54,049 bases of DNA from IMG/VR virus record IMGVR_UViG_3300018080_002591, positions 1-54,049 of that record. One strand, given 5' to 3'. The position numbers and the translations under genes are program-made. The DNA is from a virus. Taxonomy: Duplodnaviria > Caudoviricetes. The notes below the pieces were generated by a model. The model made no database searches. It was not told the DNA's origin and saw only the letters and a list, made by a program, of their open reading frames with translations. Shown here in pieces: positions 9,014 to 19,342 of this stretch; the stretch's first letter is position 1; each line of letters begins with the position of its first letter.

Positions 9014-10417
9014 ATGGTCGATGTTATTAAAAGATCTGGGTTACTCATTCCAAGGACAAATGAAAATACACAATGGTATGTTGACATAAAAGAAAAATTA
9101 ACAAGAACTCAACAATCATATCAAACGTCAGCAATTGAAATTCAAAAGTTTTATATTGAATCTGAAAAGTTCATATTGGTGCCGCGGTATTTTCCCTTGG
9201 ATGAATATGCAACAGTTGAAAATGTTAAAAATATTATGCATGATGGTGAAGATATTGATATTGAACATAACATTACACCCAGAAGTGAAACACAAAAGTT
9301 AGCAATTGAATATATGACTAATAACGATAAAGGGACAATACAATTAGCTCCAGGTGTCGGGAAAACAGTCATATCAATTTATGTTATTTGTGAGAGAAAA
9401 AAGAAAACTATAATTCTCGTACATCGTGACGCATTAGCCGAACAATGGCAAGAACGGTTTTTACAATTTACAAACTGTAATAAAGAAGATATTGCACGTT
9501 TATCATCTGCAAAATTTGAAGATGAACTTAAAAAACCGATTATAATCGGCACGGTACAAACTTTCATATCTCTATTAAAGAGAAAACGAGAAGAGTTTTT
9601 AACGGCATTGAACGAGGCGAACGTTGGAGTATTCATTGGCGATGAAGTCCATACAACTGTGGGTGCTCCAACATTCTCGGAATGTTCAATACATATTCCA
9701 TCAAAAGTAACATTTGGTTTAAGTGCAACTCCATATCGGTATGATGGAAATGGTGATATTATTGAATATCATTTAGGACCGATTTTTGAAGACACTGATA
9801 CCGAAGGTACAATGCCTGCAAAAGTAACAGTATTATTATTAGATTATGAAATAAATACACCGCGCAGAGGGCGTTATTTAAGGTGGGAGGGACGTTTTCA
9901 GAGAGCGAGGTATCTCAATCTAATGAAGAAATCAAAACCTTACAGAGACAGTCTGAGGGGGTTGATTGCCAAATTAGGAGTTGAGCGCAATCTAATATGT
10001 ATGGTAGAAAGAGTCAAACTAATTGATGAACATTATGATGAAACTCAATTTAGAAGTAAATCAAAATTTTGTGGAACAGCAAAAGCTGATACATTAGAAA
10101 AACGTATATCATTCACGACACCAGGTAAATGTCGAGATGGTATTGATGTGCCATGGAAAGATTGTATTATAATGACATCTCCAATTAAAAATATAGATCA
10201 ATTATCGGGACGAGTGACTCGAATAGCTCCAGATAAAAAAACACCAATCATTATTGATATGGTTGATTATGGTTGTCCTGAGATAGCAAATACATTTTAT
10301 AGTCGTCGAGAATTTTACAATAAAAAAGAATGGCCAGTACAATATATCTTTTGTACAAATAATGGCATGAAAATAGTCGATAATCAAGTTGCAATGGACA
10401 TAATATCAGGGAGATAA
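9014..10417 (+). CDS. SF2 DNA helicase (UvsW-like)
   Basis: APGVGKT, DEVH, LSATPYRYDG, DGID, QLSGRVTR, IIDMVD. Confidence 0.85.
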   Translation: MVDVIKRSGLLIPRTNENTQWYVDIKEKLTRTQQSYQTSAIEIQKFYIESEKFILVPRYFPLDEYATVENVKNIMHDGEDIDIEHNITPRSETQKLAIEYMTNNDKGTIQLAPGVGKTVISIYVICERKKKTIILVHRDALAEQWQERFLQFTNCNKEDIARLSSAKFEDELKKPIIIGTVQTFISLLKRKREEFLTALNEANVGVFIGDEVHTTVGAPTFSECSIHIPSKVTFGLSATPYRYDGNGDIIEYHLGPIFEDTDTEGTMPAKVTVLLLDYEINTPRRGRYLRWEGRFQRARYLNLMKKSKPYRDSLRGLIAKLGVERNLICMVERVKLIDEHYDETQFRSKSKFCGTAKADTLEKRISFTTPGKCRDGIDVPWKDCIIMTSPIKNIDQLSGRVTRIAPDKKTPIIIDMVDYGCPEIANTFYSRREFYNKKEWPVQYIFCTNNGMKIVDNQVAMDIISGR

Positions 10418-10419
10418 TT

Positions 10420-10728
10420 ATGACAACAGGCAAAGAACTAATACAAATTTTGTTAGAACATGATCATTTATTAAATTGTGATATTATGACTGATGGCGGA
10501 GAACCATGGAGACATATTGATATTGATGTTGGTAACAAAATAGCTGTGATATCTGCTAAAACAAAAGTTAAAATCAAATGTCCATTTATCAACAATTTAG
10601 CAATTAATTCTGAAGTTGAATGTGTATATCTTCTTAATACAGGGAAGTGTGATGACATTGAAATATGTCCTGGTTGTGGAGATGCATGGTGTACAGAAAA
10701 AATTCAAACTTCGATATTAAGTGATTAA
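10420..10728 (+). CDS. Hypothetical protein, Cys-rich C-terminus
   Basis: RBS GGGAG, operon packing, CPF..C..C..CPGCGDAWC. Confidence 0.6.
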   Translation: MTTGKELIQILLEHDHLLNCDIMTDGGEPWRHIDIDVGNKIAVISAKTKVKIKCPFINNLAINSEVECVYLLNTGKCDDIEICPGCGDAWCTEKIQTSILSD

Positions 10729-10729
10729 A

Positions 10730-11071
10730 ATGAAAATAAAATCAGATTTTGTAACAAATAGCAGTTCAACTGCATATATTATTTATAACAAGACGAGTGA
10801 TGTTAAAACACTTGTTGATTTTGTAAAAGAGAATCCCCACATTGTTGAAGAGTATTTAGTAGAATATGATTGGAATATTACTGATAAATTTAATCAACAA
10901 GCAATGATTGAATCTGCCGAAAAAAATAATGCATTATTAAGACCAGGAGAAAATTATATTTCATTTGGGGATGAAGATGGAACAATAATCGGCCAAGTTT
11001 ATGATTACATGTTAAGAGAAGGTGGAGAATCAGATTCATTTACTTGGAAATTTGAAGAATATTTGAGGTAA
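10730..11071 (+). CDS. FVTNSSS-motif protein, paralog 1
   Basis: N-terminal MKIKSDFVTNSSSTAYII identical to ORF 14510. Confidence 0.75.
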   Translation: MKIKSDFVTNSSSTAYIIYNKTSDVKTLVDFVKENPHIVEEYLVEYDWNITDKFNQQAMIESAEKNNALLRPGENYISFGDEDGTIIGQVYDYMLREGGESDSFTWKFEEYLR

Positions 11072-11074
11072 AAA

Positions 11075-11290
11075 ATGAAAAAGAATAAAGGGTTTACATT
11101 AATTGAATTAATGATGGTAATTGTAATAATCGCAATTTTGGCTGGATTGATCGTTCCTCATCTTAGTAAACTGCTTAGAGAAAAAGCTGCTAATAGCACT
11201 CCTCCTGCAATTGAGATACAAGTAGAAGAACACCCCAACCCCATGCAGCAAATTGAAATACAAAAAGATCCTGTATCAAAATCGTTATAA
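11075..11290 (+). CDS. Type IV pilin/pseudopilin-like protein with class III signal peptide
   Basis: MKKNKG|FTLIELMMVIVIIAILAGLIVP prepilin cleavage/methylation motif; RBS GAGG. Confidence 0.85.
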   Translation: MKKNKGFTLIELMMVIVIIAILAGLIVPHLSKLLREKAANSTPPAIEIQVEEHPNPMQQIEIQKDPVSKSL

Positions 11291-11302
11291 CTGGAGTATA
11301 AT

Positions 11303-12322
11303 ATGAAATTTGGATATACAGCAGACATACATTTGTCTAGATATGGACAAGATAAAGTAGAGGACGAAAGTAATCTACCAGAGCGATTGCATAGTATTAA
11401 AATATCATTAGATTCGATGGCACAACATTTAGTTGATAACAATATTCGAGTTATGATTTTTGGTGGAGATTTACTTCATGGTAAATCTATTATATATGCA
11501 ATCGCTCAAGACTTAATGATTGATTTCTTTAATCATTGGTCGGATGATTTAAAATTTTATGTCATTGATGGTAATCATGATTTAAGTGGTAAAGGTCATA
11601 AAGTTGTTTCGGCATTAAAACCATTACGGAATTTGCCTGGAGTGACGTGGGTACCATTCAATGAAACATTACAAATTCGTGATATTTTAATGGTTCCATA
11701 TGGACCAGATATGATTGATGTTATTAAGAAAAATAATGCAAGAACATTGATTTCTCATTTTGGATTGAGTGAAGGTATGTTGAATTCAGGAATAAGTATA
11801 GTTTCTGATATTTCAATGAAAGACTTAGAAGGAAAATATGAACTTGTATTATTGGGGCATTATCATAAACCACAAGAAATAATTAGACCTTCAATAAAAC
11901 TATATTATGTAGGAAGTCCAATTCAATTGGATTGGGGGGAGAAAGATGATGATAAAAGATTTCTTATTGTGGATTCAGAAACACTTGAAGTCGAAAGCGT
12001 CCCCACCACGGGTTATAAAAAACACATCGAACTTGACATCACAAATTCAAATAAGGAAGAAGTTCTTCGACTCGCTTCAGAAGCAAAAGAAGAAGGACAC
12101 TGGGTCAAAGTAGTAAAAAGAGAAACAGTTGATCTTGGTGGCGATAATGAATTTATGATTGTTGATAAATCTGAGCATGACATTACAAATAGAGGCATTA
12201 CCAGTGGGATGAGTCATGCTGATAAGTTTAAAAAGTTTTTAGAAATAAAAGAAATCGCTGAAAATGATCATGAAGCATATTTGAAAAAAGCTCTTGATCT
12301 AGTCGATAGATGCGAGGGTTAA
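11303..12322 (+). CDS. Mre11/SbcD-like nuclease (T4 gp47-like)
   Basis: ADIHL, GGDLLH, GNHD, SH, LGHYHKPQ, YVGSP metallophosphoesterase motifs; adjacent to a Rad50-like gene. Confidence 0.9.
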   Translation: MKFGYTADIHLSRYGQDKVEDESNLPERLHSIKISLDSMAQHLVDNNIRVMIFGGDLLHGKSIIYAIAQDLMIDFFNHWSDDLKFYVIDGNHDLSGKGHKVVSALKPLRNLPGVTWVPFNETLQIRDILMVPYGPDMIDVIKKNNARTLISHFGLSEGMLNSGISIVSDISMKDLEGKYELVLLGHYHKPQEIIRPSIKLYYVGSPIQLDWGEKDDDKRFLIVDSETLEVESVPTTGYKKHIELDITNSNKEEVLRLASEAKEEGHWVKVVKRETVDLGGDNEFMIVDKSEHDITNRGITSGMSHADKFKKFLEIKEIAENDHEAYLKKALDLVDRCEG

Positions 12323-12323
12323 T

Positions 12324-14513
12324 ATGAGAAATATAACATTTCATGAAGTAGGTATGGAGAATTTTGGACCATATATCGAACCCATGGTTTTGCCATTCAC
12401 TAATAATCATTTAACATTGATAACAGGACCAAATGGTATCGGTAAAACAATGTCGCTTGAAGCATTGCCATTTACTCTATTTGGAGAGACATGTAAAAAA
12501 GTAAAAGGCGATGATGTTGTAAATAATAGAACTGGCAAAAATTGTCATACATGGACAAAATTTACAATCAATGATGATACATATCAAATAGATAGATATC
12601 ATAAATATACGAAAATAGGAACCACTGTAACCATTTGTAAGAATGGAGAAGAACCATATAAAAAGGGTCATAGAGAAGTAGTCCCTGAAGTCGAAAAATT
12701 AATTTGCTCAAAGAAATCATTTACAAATACATTGATGTTTGGGCAAAAAGTAAAAGACTTTTTCACCGATCTCATTGACTCTGATAAAAAAGAAATATTC
12801 AGAAAAATATTGGATTTGGACATTTATACAAAATGGTACAAACAAGCTGATCTTGATCTCAAGGCAATTAAAGAAAGCATTCAAGAAGCATTGAAAAAGA
12901 TTGGAGTTGATCAAGGAGTTTTATCGGTTGTAGAAAATCAGATCGATGTAGTGAATCAACAAATCAAACGTTTTGAAGATGATAAAAAAGAAAAAATTGC
13001 AACTGAAAAGAAAGCTCTTGAAGATTCGCAAAGACTTCTTGACGGTTGGCAAAAAGATTTAGATAAACTTGTTGATACTGGTGCCGACATTGAAAAGTTA
13101 AATAAACAAATTCAAGATGTTGAAAAACAGAAAAGTCATCATATAAATGAAAAAGAAACAACAGTTTTGCAATTAATGAACAGTCGTGATGCAAAAGTAT
13201 CAGAAATGCAAACGGCTGCCGATAAAGCAAAGCAAAACATTATTTCAGAACAACGAAGCAAATATGATACATTCTTATCTGGTCATCAAAAAGAAATAGA
13301 AAAAATTGATGATGAAATAAGTACTATTAAACAAGAGAAATCTAATATTGCATCTGAATTATCTTCTATTGAAACTGAAAAAAGAATCATTCAAACTAAC
13401 ATTGATAAATTAAATAATAGTCTTGAATTAGATGAAGGTTCATGCCCAACATGCCTTCGAGAAATTGATGACGCATGTAGAAAGCATTTAGAAGATGAGT
13501 CAATGAAGTTAGTTAATGCATATTATGCATTAGAGAAAAAAGAAAAAACATTACAAGATCAAAACACTAAAACGTTTGAAGCTTTAAAAGAAGCTGAAAC
13601 GAAAAAGACACAACAGCATAATTCATTTCAAACTATAACATCAGATTTAAAAACTGAAGAAAATATAAAAATAGCTGAAATTGATGATAAATTGAATTCA
13701 ACATTTGACACGATTAAAGAGTTGGCTGATAAACAAGCAGAAAAAATTGAAGCAGATTACGTTGAATACATTGATAACTTATCAAAGAAATTAGCTGAAT
13801 TGTATGAAATGAAAGATGTTGTAACAGATACAAATGAAAAAAGAGTTGAAATTGAAAATATGATTAATAGTCTGCAACAAAATATTGCTGGGCATGAAAT
13901 GAAACTCAAAATTGCAGAGGAAGAAGAATATGATAAAAGTCAATTGACTGAATATCAAGTTAAAAAACAAGAGCTTGAAACAGCCATTGCAATTTCAAAT
14001 ACTACTCTTACTGAATTAAAAAATGAAGAACAATTAGCATTATTCTGGAAAACCGCATGGTCACCAACTGGAATTCCTTCGATGTTAATTGATGAAGCAA
14101 TACCATTTATGAATGAAAAGGTCACCGAGTATCTTGACCTATTATCAAATGGAAGATATATTGTTTCTTTCGATACATTAGCTGCAACAAAAGCAGGTGA
14201 GTTCAGAGATAAAATTTCAGTTAATGTTCTTGATACATACACAAGAGCAAATTCAAGAATGCAACTATCAGGTGGTCAAACGAGACTTGTTGATATTGCA
14301 ACTATATTAACACTCGGAGATTTACAATCAAGCGTTCAAGATGTTAAAATAAATATATTATTATTCGATGAAATCTTTGATAGTCTCGATGAAGAAAATA
14401 TCGGGTTTGTTTCAAAAATACTATCACAATTAAAAATCGACAAATCAATTTATTTGATATCACATACACAAGTTGAACAACTAGAAGCGGACGAAACACT
14501 GGAATTCAAATGA
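12324..14513 (+). CDS. Rad50/SbcC-like ATPase (T4 gp46-like)
   Basis: GPNGIGKT Walker A, long coiled coil with central CPTC zinc hook, LSGGQ signature, LLFDEIFDSLD, ISH. Confidence 0.93.
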   Translation: MRNITFHEVGMENFGPYIEPMVLPFTNNHLTLITGPNGIGKTMSLEALPFTLFGETCKKVKGDDVVNNRTGKNCHTWTKFTINDDTYQIDRYHKYTKIGTTVTICKNGEEPYKKGHREVVPEVEKLICSKKSFTNTLMFGQKVKDFFTDLIDSDKKEIFRKILDLDIYTKWYKQADLDLKAIKESIQEALKKIGVDQGVLSVVENQIDVVNQQIKRFEDDKKEKIATEKKALEDSQRLLDGWQKDLDKLVDTGADIEKLNKQIQDVEKQKSHHINEKETTVLQLMNSRDAKVSEMQTAADKAKQNIISEQRSKYDTFLSGHQKEIEKIDDEISTIKQEKSNIASELSSIETEKRIIQTNIDKLNNSLELDEGSCPTCLREIDDACRKHLEDESMKLVNAYYALEKKEKTLQDQNTKTFEALKEAETKKTQQHNSFQTITSDLKTEENIKIAEIDDKLNSTFDTIKELADKQAEKIEADYVEYIDNLSKKLAELYEMKDVVTDTNEKRVEIENMINSLQQNIAGHEMKLKIAEEEEYDKSQLTEYQVKKQELETAIAISNTTLTELKNEEQLALFWKTAWSPTGIPSMLIDEAIPFMNEKVTEYLDLLSNGRYIVSFDTLAATKAGEFRDKISVNVLDTYTRANSRMQLSGGQTRLVDIATILTLGDLQSSVQDVKINILLFDEIFDSLDEENIGFVSKILSQLKIDKSIYLISHTQVEQLEADETLEFK

Positions 14514-14965
14514 AAATAAAAAGCGATTTTGTTACAAATAGTTCATCAACTGCTTATATAATTTGTGTACCTAATGAGTTCATTCCTAGTGAAGAAGATA
14601 TACTACCTGAAATTAAAACTCTAAATGAAGAATATGAAGGGTTTGAACTACAAATGAAAACCAGTGAAGCTATACAACATATACAAAATTTATTTGAAGA
14701 TTTGAAGTTTGGAGAAACTTTAGATTGTTATGAATATGATGATTTTAAACCAGTGCCTTTTGGTGTTGTTTTAAATATATGTGAAAAATATAATTTCGTT
14801 CTAACTGGTTTTGAAATACATTTAGATGGACAACATATTTTACATGGACTCCAGCAAGAATTAATAGATAAATGGGTCATTGATACAAAATTAAAAGACA
14901 TAACAATTGAGGTAATTAATGAACAAAATAAGGATTGTAAATTGGCTATTAACAAGGAGATGTAA
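14510..14965 (+). CDS. FVTNSSS-motif protein, paralog 2
   Basis: ATGA overlap with the Rad50 stop; MKIKSDFVTNSSSTAYII. Confidence 0.75.
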   Translation: MKIKSDFVTNSSSTAYIICVPNEFIPSEEDILPEIKTLNEEYEGFELQMKTSEAIQHIQNLFEDLKFGETLDCYEYDDFKPVPFGVVLNICEKYNFVLTGFEIHLDGQHILHGLQQELIDKWVIDTKLKDITIEVINEQNKDCKLAINKEM

Positions 14966-15968
14966 TTTAAAATGTGATTATTGTGCAATAGTTAAAAATT
15001 ATGATGGCAAACCAGAAGAATATCCTGATATGGATCATTATATAAAAAATGAAATGACAACCGAACAAGTTCTTTCGGGGCTGGCAACAATCAAATTACA
15101 TAACCCAGATGCATTTCACATCTTTTATGGCGGTGAGCCGATGTTGAGGAAAGATTTGTCAACCATTATAAATTATTGTAATGATGAGGATATTCATTAT
15201 ACAATAATCTCAAACAATTCACCTGAAGTTATACCCTTAATTAAAAAATTAGTAAAAGAAACTAATGGAAAAATTAAAGGGTTTACCGCATCAGTTGATC
15301 CTGTAATATTTACAGAATCAAATGAATTAGATGATAAAGAAAAAGACCGAGTTATGAAGAGTCTGGCTGGGTTTGAAAATTTAAAAGAGATGAAAAAATA
15401 TTGCGATGATGTTGTTGCAGAAATAACAGTTATGAAACATAATCAACAATATTTATCCACATTGGTTGAAGTATTAACTACTGTTGGAATCAATAGCGAT
15501 ATAACATTTATTGATATTGCGAAAACGCCTTATTATGATTTTTCAAATATTTCAGATGAGGATTTGCTTGTTGAAAATTCACCCGAGCTAGCTGAACAAT
15601 TTCAATCAATTTCAGATGGCGATTTAGATGTTCATATGAAACGAACATTGCTACCTGAAATATGGAATATTCTTCCATCTAATATGGATTGTGGAATAGA
15701 TAAAAGTCTTCATAATATATCAATTGATGCAGATGGCAGTATTCGTTTGTGTTTAAGAATACGAGGCACATTATCTCCATCATTAGTTCCATCAATAGAT
15801 TCATTGTTCACAAAAGATTATAAAGTACATCCAGTTGCACATTCAATCATAAGCTCAGACAAAAAGAAGCATTGTAAATTATGCAATCATACTTGTCAAT
15901 TAATGAGCAAAATTATAGATGATAATAATTTAAGTCCTGATGATCTAGTACATCTGGACCGGAGGTAA
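14919..15968 (+). CDS. Radical SAM protein with C-terminal Cys-rich (SPASM/twitch-like) region
   Basis: CNLKCDYC, YGGEPMLR, SIDADGSIRLC, CKLCNHTC. Confidence 0.88.
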   Translation: MNKIRIVNWLLTRRCNLKCDYCAIVKNYDGKPEEYPDMDHYIKNEMTTEQVLSGLATIKLHNPDAFHIFYGGEPMLRKDLSTIINYCNDEDIHYTIISNNSPEVIPLIKKLVKETNGKIKGFTASVDPVIFTESNELDDKEKDRVMKSLAGFENLKEMKKYCDDVVAEITVMKHNQQYLSTLVEVLTTVGINSDITFIDIAKTPYYDFSNISDEDLLVENSPELAEQFQSISDGDLDVHMKRTLLPEIWNILPSNMDCGIDKSLHNISIDADGSIRLCLRIRGTLSPSLVPSIDSLFTKDYKVHPVAHSIISSDKKKHCKLCNHTCQLMSKIIDDNNLSPDDLVHLDRR

Positions 15969-15970
15969 TT

Positions 15971-16306
15971 ATGGCAGATTTTGATCCAACTGTTATTCAA
16001 AACGCAATTCAGTTTTGGCACAAAGTCAATACAGAAGATCAAGTAAGAATTAAATTTACAAAGAAAGATGGCACTACACGATTTATGGTATGTACGTTGA
16101 ACTTTAAAAAAATACCAGCGATTGACCATCCGAAAAATGTAAACATGCCAAAGATTTTAAAGTTAATGCAAAATAGTGGCATATTACATGTTTATGATCT
16201 TGAAAAAAAGGGATGGCGATCAGTCCCATTTAACTCAGTTGAATATTTAGAAGCTGGAGATAAAATGTATAAAATTCAACCAATAAAACGGATGGGGGAT
16301 AAATGA
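15971..16306 (+). CDS. WYL-like SH3 beta-barrel phage protein (DUF2693-like)
   Basis: VRIKFTKKDGTTRFMVCTLN...VYDLEKKGWRS. Confidence 0.7.
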   Translation: MADFDPTVIQNAIQFWHKVNTEDQVRIKFTKKDGTTRFMVCTLNFKKIPAIDHPKNVNMPKILKLMQNSGILHVYDLEKKGWRSVPFNSVEYLEAGDKMYKIQPIKRMGDK

Positions 16307-16674
16307 CGAAAGAAACAACCTTAGATAAAATATTGAAAGAGATTCCTTCATCTGATATGACTCAACAGATAAGAGAGTTTTGTGATGTCATAATGAAGGA
16401 AGAAATGTCAAGGATGCCAAATATTGAATATGCTCCGAAGGGGCCAAATAAATTTGCAATCCTTGAAGTAAATGGTTTGTTAAAAAGAGAGATTGGATTT
16501 ATAACTCTTGAACGTGAAAGTGAAGAAGATTATATTGGAGTTTATTGGACGTTTAGATTGGATAAAAAAGATAAACCTCCTAGAAAAAATAAAGTTCATA
16601 AAATCGAAGGCAATAGTGCAAAGAAGATATTATATCAATTTGCGAAACTTGTAAAATTTTATCGCGGAGAATGA
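16303..16674 (+). CDS. Hypothetical protein
   Basis: ATGA overlap, RBS GGGGG, operon context. Confidence 0.65.
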   Translation: MTKETTLDKILKEIPSSDMTQQIREFCDVIMKEEMSRMPNIEYAPKGPNKFAILEVNGLLKREIGFITLERESEEDYIGVYWTFRLDKKDKPPRKNKVHKIEGNSAKKILYQFAKLVKFYRGE

Positions 16675-16675
16675 A

Positions 16676-19342
16676 ATGACTGAATCAAAGGATTTGCAAT
16701 TAGAATTAGAAGAAATAAGGTTAAATAAATATTACTGTACACGGTCTGTTTCAAAATTTCCTGATGGAGAAAATGGAGATTCAACACCAATCCTTAATAG
16801 AAATACAATTAGAACACCCGAATTGATGAACAAGATCCAAAAGTATCATTCAATGTTAAAAACTGATTATCAAGTGGATCATCTATTTCCACCGAATTGT
16901 CGATATTATGAAAAACATCCAGAAGGGTTTTTCGTTGTAATTGAAGAACCCCCGGCATTTAGGACAATTAGTATTGACAAAGATTTATCAAGTGAAATTC
17001 AATCATTAAAAAGTTCAGGTCATTGGGAAGAATATGGTTATGAAAACTGGCAAAAAGAAAATCATGGACCCCCATATCAGTTTACATTAGCATTACCATA
17101 CACTGTATTTTGTTTAGCATTTACAGAATCATATGATCATTTGGGTGGTCAGGTATTTTTTAGAACACAACAGATCACAGGATTTAGTGATATTCTTCTA
17201 AAAGCGCCATTTTTAAATATAAGTGATAGTCATAATATTTGTTTTGGTAATAAGATACATCACGGTCCAAAAAGAAGTATATACGCAGATGTAAACCATG
17301 CAATATCAACATTCTGGTCAACAATATTCAATACAGATTATCTTTATAATTATGTTGCATATCAAAACATACCTCTATTATGTGACTATTTTACATGGCA
17401 ATATCATTCTAATATTGATCCAATGTTTATTTATAGTGCTGATTGGATCAAGGAAAAAGATATAACCATCGGTACACAAATTGATCGGATGAAAGCTTGG
17501 TTAAGCGAAAGATCATGCCATGACCATAAACAGTTCGAATATCGTACATTAAAAGATCTTTTTCAACAATCAAGTGAAAAAGGTCGTGCGAAGGTTCCTG
17601 GCGTTAAAGGTCTTACGGAACCATTGTTGTTTGATATTTCAAATTCAATGAAACTTGGCGAAAATGTATATGTTTCAGTTGGTGATTCATTTAAAAATAA
17701 TTACGATCAGATGATATATGTTGATTCTTATATGGGTTTTAGAAAAAGTCCAAGACCGTTATATATTAGTCTTGAACGTCACGATGGTAGGATATTTAAA
17801 TGGAAATTAACCAAAAAAGTTTGCGAATATATAGCAGAAAAGATTAAAGCCGAGCGTCATCTATCAGAAGCAACATTACCCAACGGTTTGGTAATAAAAA
17901 GTGGTGATATTCTGGAAATGAAAAATGCTTATGGCCAGAATATTTATCGTAAAATATTTTATATAAGATATTCTAGAACTGGTGAGGTTGAAGCACGAGT
18001 TGGTGCCGAATATTATATTGTCAATAATATCGAGAAAGATACACAAATTTTTGATGTATCTAACCCAAAATATTTTGACATGACATTATCTAAAGATGAA
18101 CAATATTATATAATCAAAAGAGATCATTTTGACGCAAATCATATAATTAAAGCAGCGTCATGTAATTTCGATAGCATAGATACTGGGCGCGATAGCGGCG
18201 GTTTAGTAATGAAGTTTAGAGAAAACAGAGGACTTGACCAAGGTCATCGATACAATATACCGATAGGATCAAACGAAAATACTTTCAGAAAAATTTATCC
18301 AATGGATAATTTGAAAACATTACCAGAAATATTTACAGTTGGTCGTCGTTTGATGTATATATATAGAGAGACGGAAACTGGAAGTATTGTCGAGAAAGAA
18401 CCAACCGTTATCCCGAATTTGGGGATTGTAATAGAGTATGCTTGCTCTATCAGAAAGGCAGCTTCCGACCAAATTGTCAAACATAATTTTATTCAGGATG
18501 ATCGTTTTGCTCTTGAAAGTTGGAATCATGTATATGATTTTGAAATTGGCGATAAAGTCGTTGTAGCAAATTGGGAAAACCCAATTGACATGCTAACGGT
18601 TAAACAAATTCAAGGATTTGTTGAAGATAAAAATACCGGCGATATCAGTTTTACTTTAGTTGATAAAAACGAAAACGTTACTAGTTATAAATATATCGAC
18701 GGTGCAAAGAGACTTGCGAGACTTGGTTCTGTTAGAAAAATTACTAATGTGTGGGGAGAATTAACTTCCGGCATGAAAATTGTTGCAAATCAAGCCAGAA
18801 TTAGTATGTTTCCGAAAAAGGATACCAATATAATTATTGGTTTTCTCTATGACACTGGTGGTGAAGAACCTTTAGTATTATGCTCAAATGCTAATACTTT
18901 ATGGTATAGCGATGTTATTAATAATTTCGATATAATAAAAATGGACGACGAAGCATGGAAAACCAAACAGCATGCTTCAATTAACCCATCAAAAATGAGA
19001 TATCAATCTGGAGATATACTTCAAGGTCAGCATTACTATAAAAATGATATAGGCTACTTAGTATACATACCTAGAGATCAACGAACAGTTAGAGCTTCAA
19101 GCTTAGCTTATTATCAGTCGTATGACGATAATTTTGTTTTTGATAAATCATTTACCGAAGATGTTATGTTTGATATCTTCCCTAACCCGAGATTGACAGT
19201 GACACAAGAAAACAAACTTGGTCTTGTAAATGTATTCCCTAATTTTCATGGAATGTTTACAAAAACTGACGAGTCTCACTCACCATACAAAGTTGCGAAT
19301 GACAGAAGGAGTATATTAAATGATGTTTCCAGTGATAATTAA
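16676..19342 (+). CDS. Prokaryotic E2 family D-like (PRTRC protein B-like) domain plus a long beta-rich C-terminal extension
   Basis: VVIEEPPAFRTI, FTLALPYTVF, LLKAPFLNISDSHNICFG (candidate catalytic Cys), FWSTIFN; directly upstream of JAB, E1 and Ubl genes. Confidence 0.7.
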   Translation: MTESKDLQLELEEIRLNKYYCTRSVSKFPDGENGDSTPILNRNTIRTPELMNKIQKYHSMLKTDYQVDHLFPPNCRYYEKHPEGFFVVIEEPPAFRTISIDKDLSSEIQSLKSSGHWEEYGYENWQKENHGPPYQFTLALPYTVFCLAFTESYDHLGGQVFFRTQQITGFSDILLKAPFLNISDSHNICFGNKIHHGPKRSIYADVNHAISTFWSTIFNTDYLYNYVAYQNIPLLCDYFTWQYHSNIDPMFIYSADWIKEKDITIGTQIDRMKAWLSERSCHDHKQFEYRTLKDLFQQSSEKGRAKVPGVKGLTEPLLFDISNSMKLGENVYVSVGDSFKNNYDQMIYVDSYMGFRKSPRPLYISLERHDGRIFKWKLTKKVCEYIAEKIKAERHLSEATLPNGLVIKSGDILEMKNAYGQNIYRKIFYIRYSRTGEVEARVGAEYYIVNNIEKDTQIFDVSNPKYFDMTLSKDEQYYIIKRDHFDANHIIKAASCNFDSIDTGRDSGGLVMKFRENRGLDQGHRYNIPIGSNENTFRKIYPMDNLKTLPEIFTVGRRLMYIYRETETGSIVEKEPTVIPNLGIVIEYACSIRKAASDQIVKHNFIQDDRFALESWNHVYDFEIGDKVVVANWENPIDMLTVKQIQGFVEDKNTGDISFTLVDKNENVTSYKYIDGAKRLARLGSVRKITNVWGELTSGMKIVANQARISMFPKKDTNIIIGFLYDTGGEEPLVLCSNANTLWYSDVINNFDIIKMDDEAWKTKQHASINPSKMRYQSGDILQGQHYYKNDIGYLVYIPRDQRTVRASSLAYYQSYDDNFVFDKSFTEDVMFDIFPNPRLTVTQENKLGLVNVFPNFHGMFTKTDESHSPYKVANDRRSILNDVSSDN

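Noticed and set aside
14919-15968. QueE assignment for the radical SAM protein
   Set aside because: Longer than typical QueE, lacks a recognisable QGEG/FxR N-terminal motif and has extra C-terminal Cys
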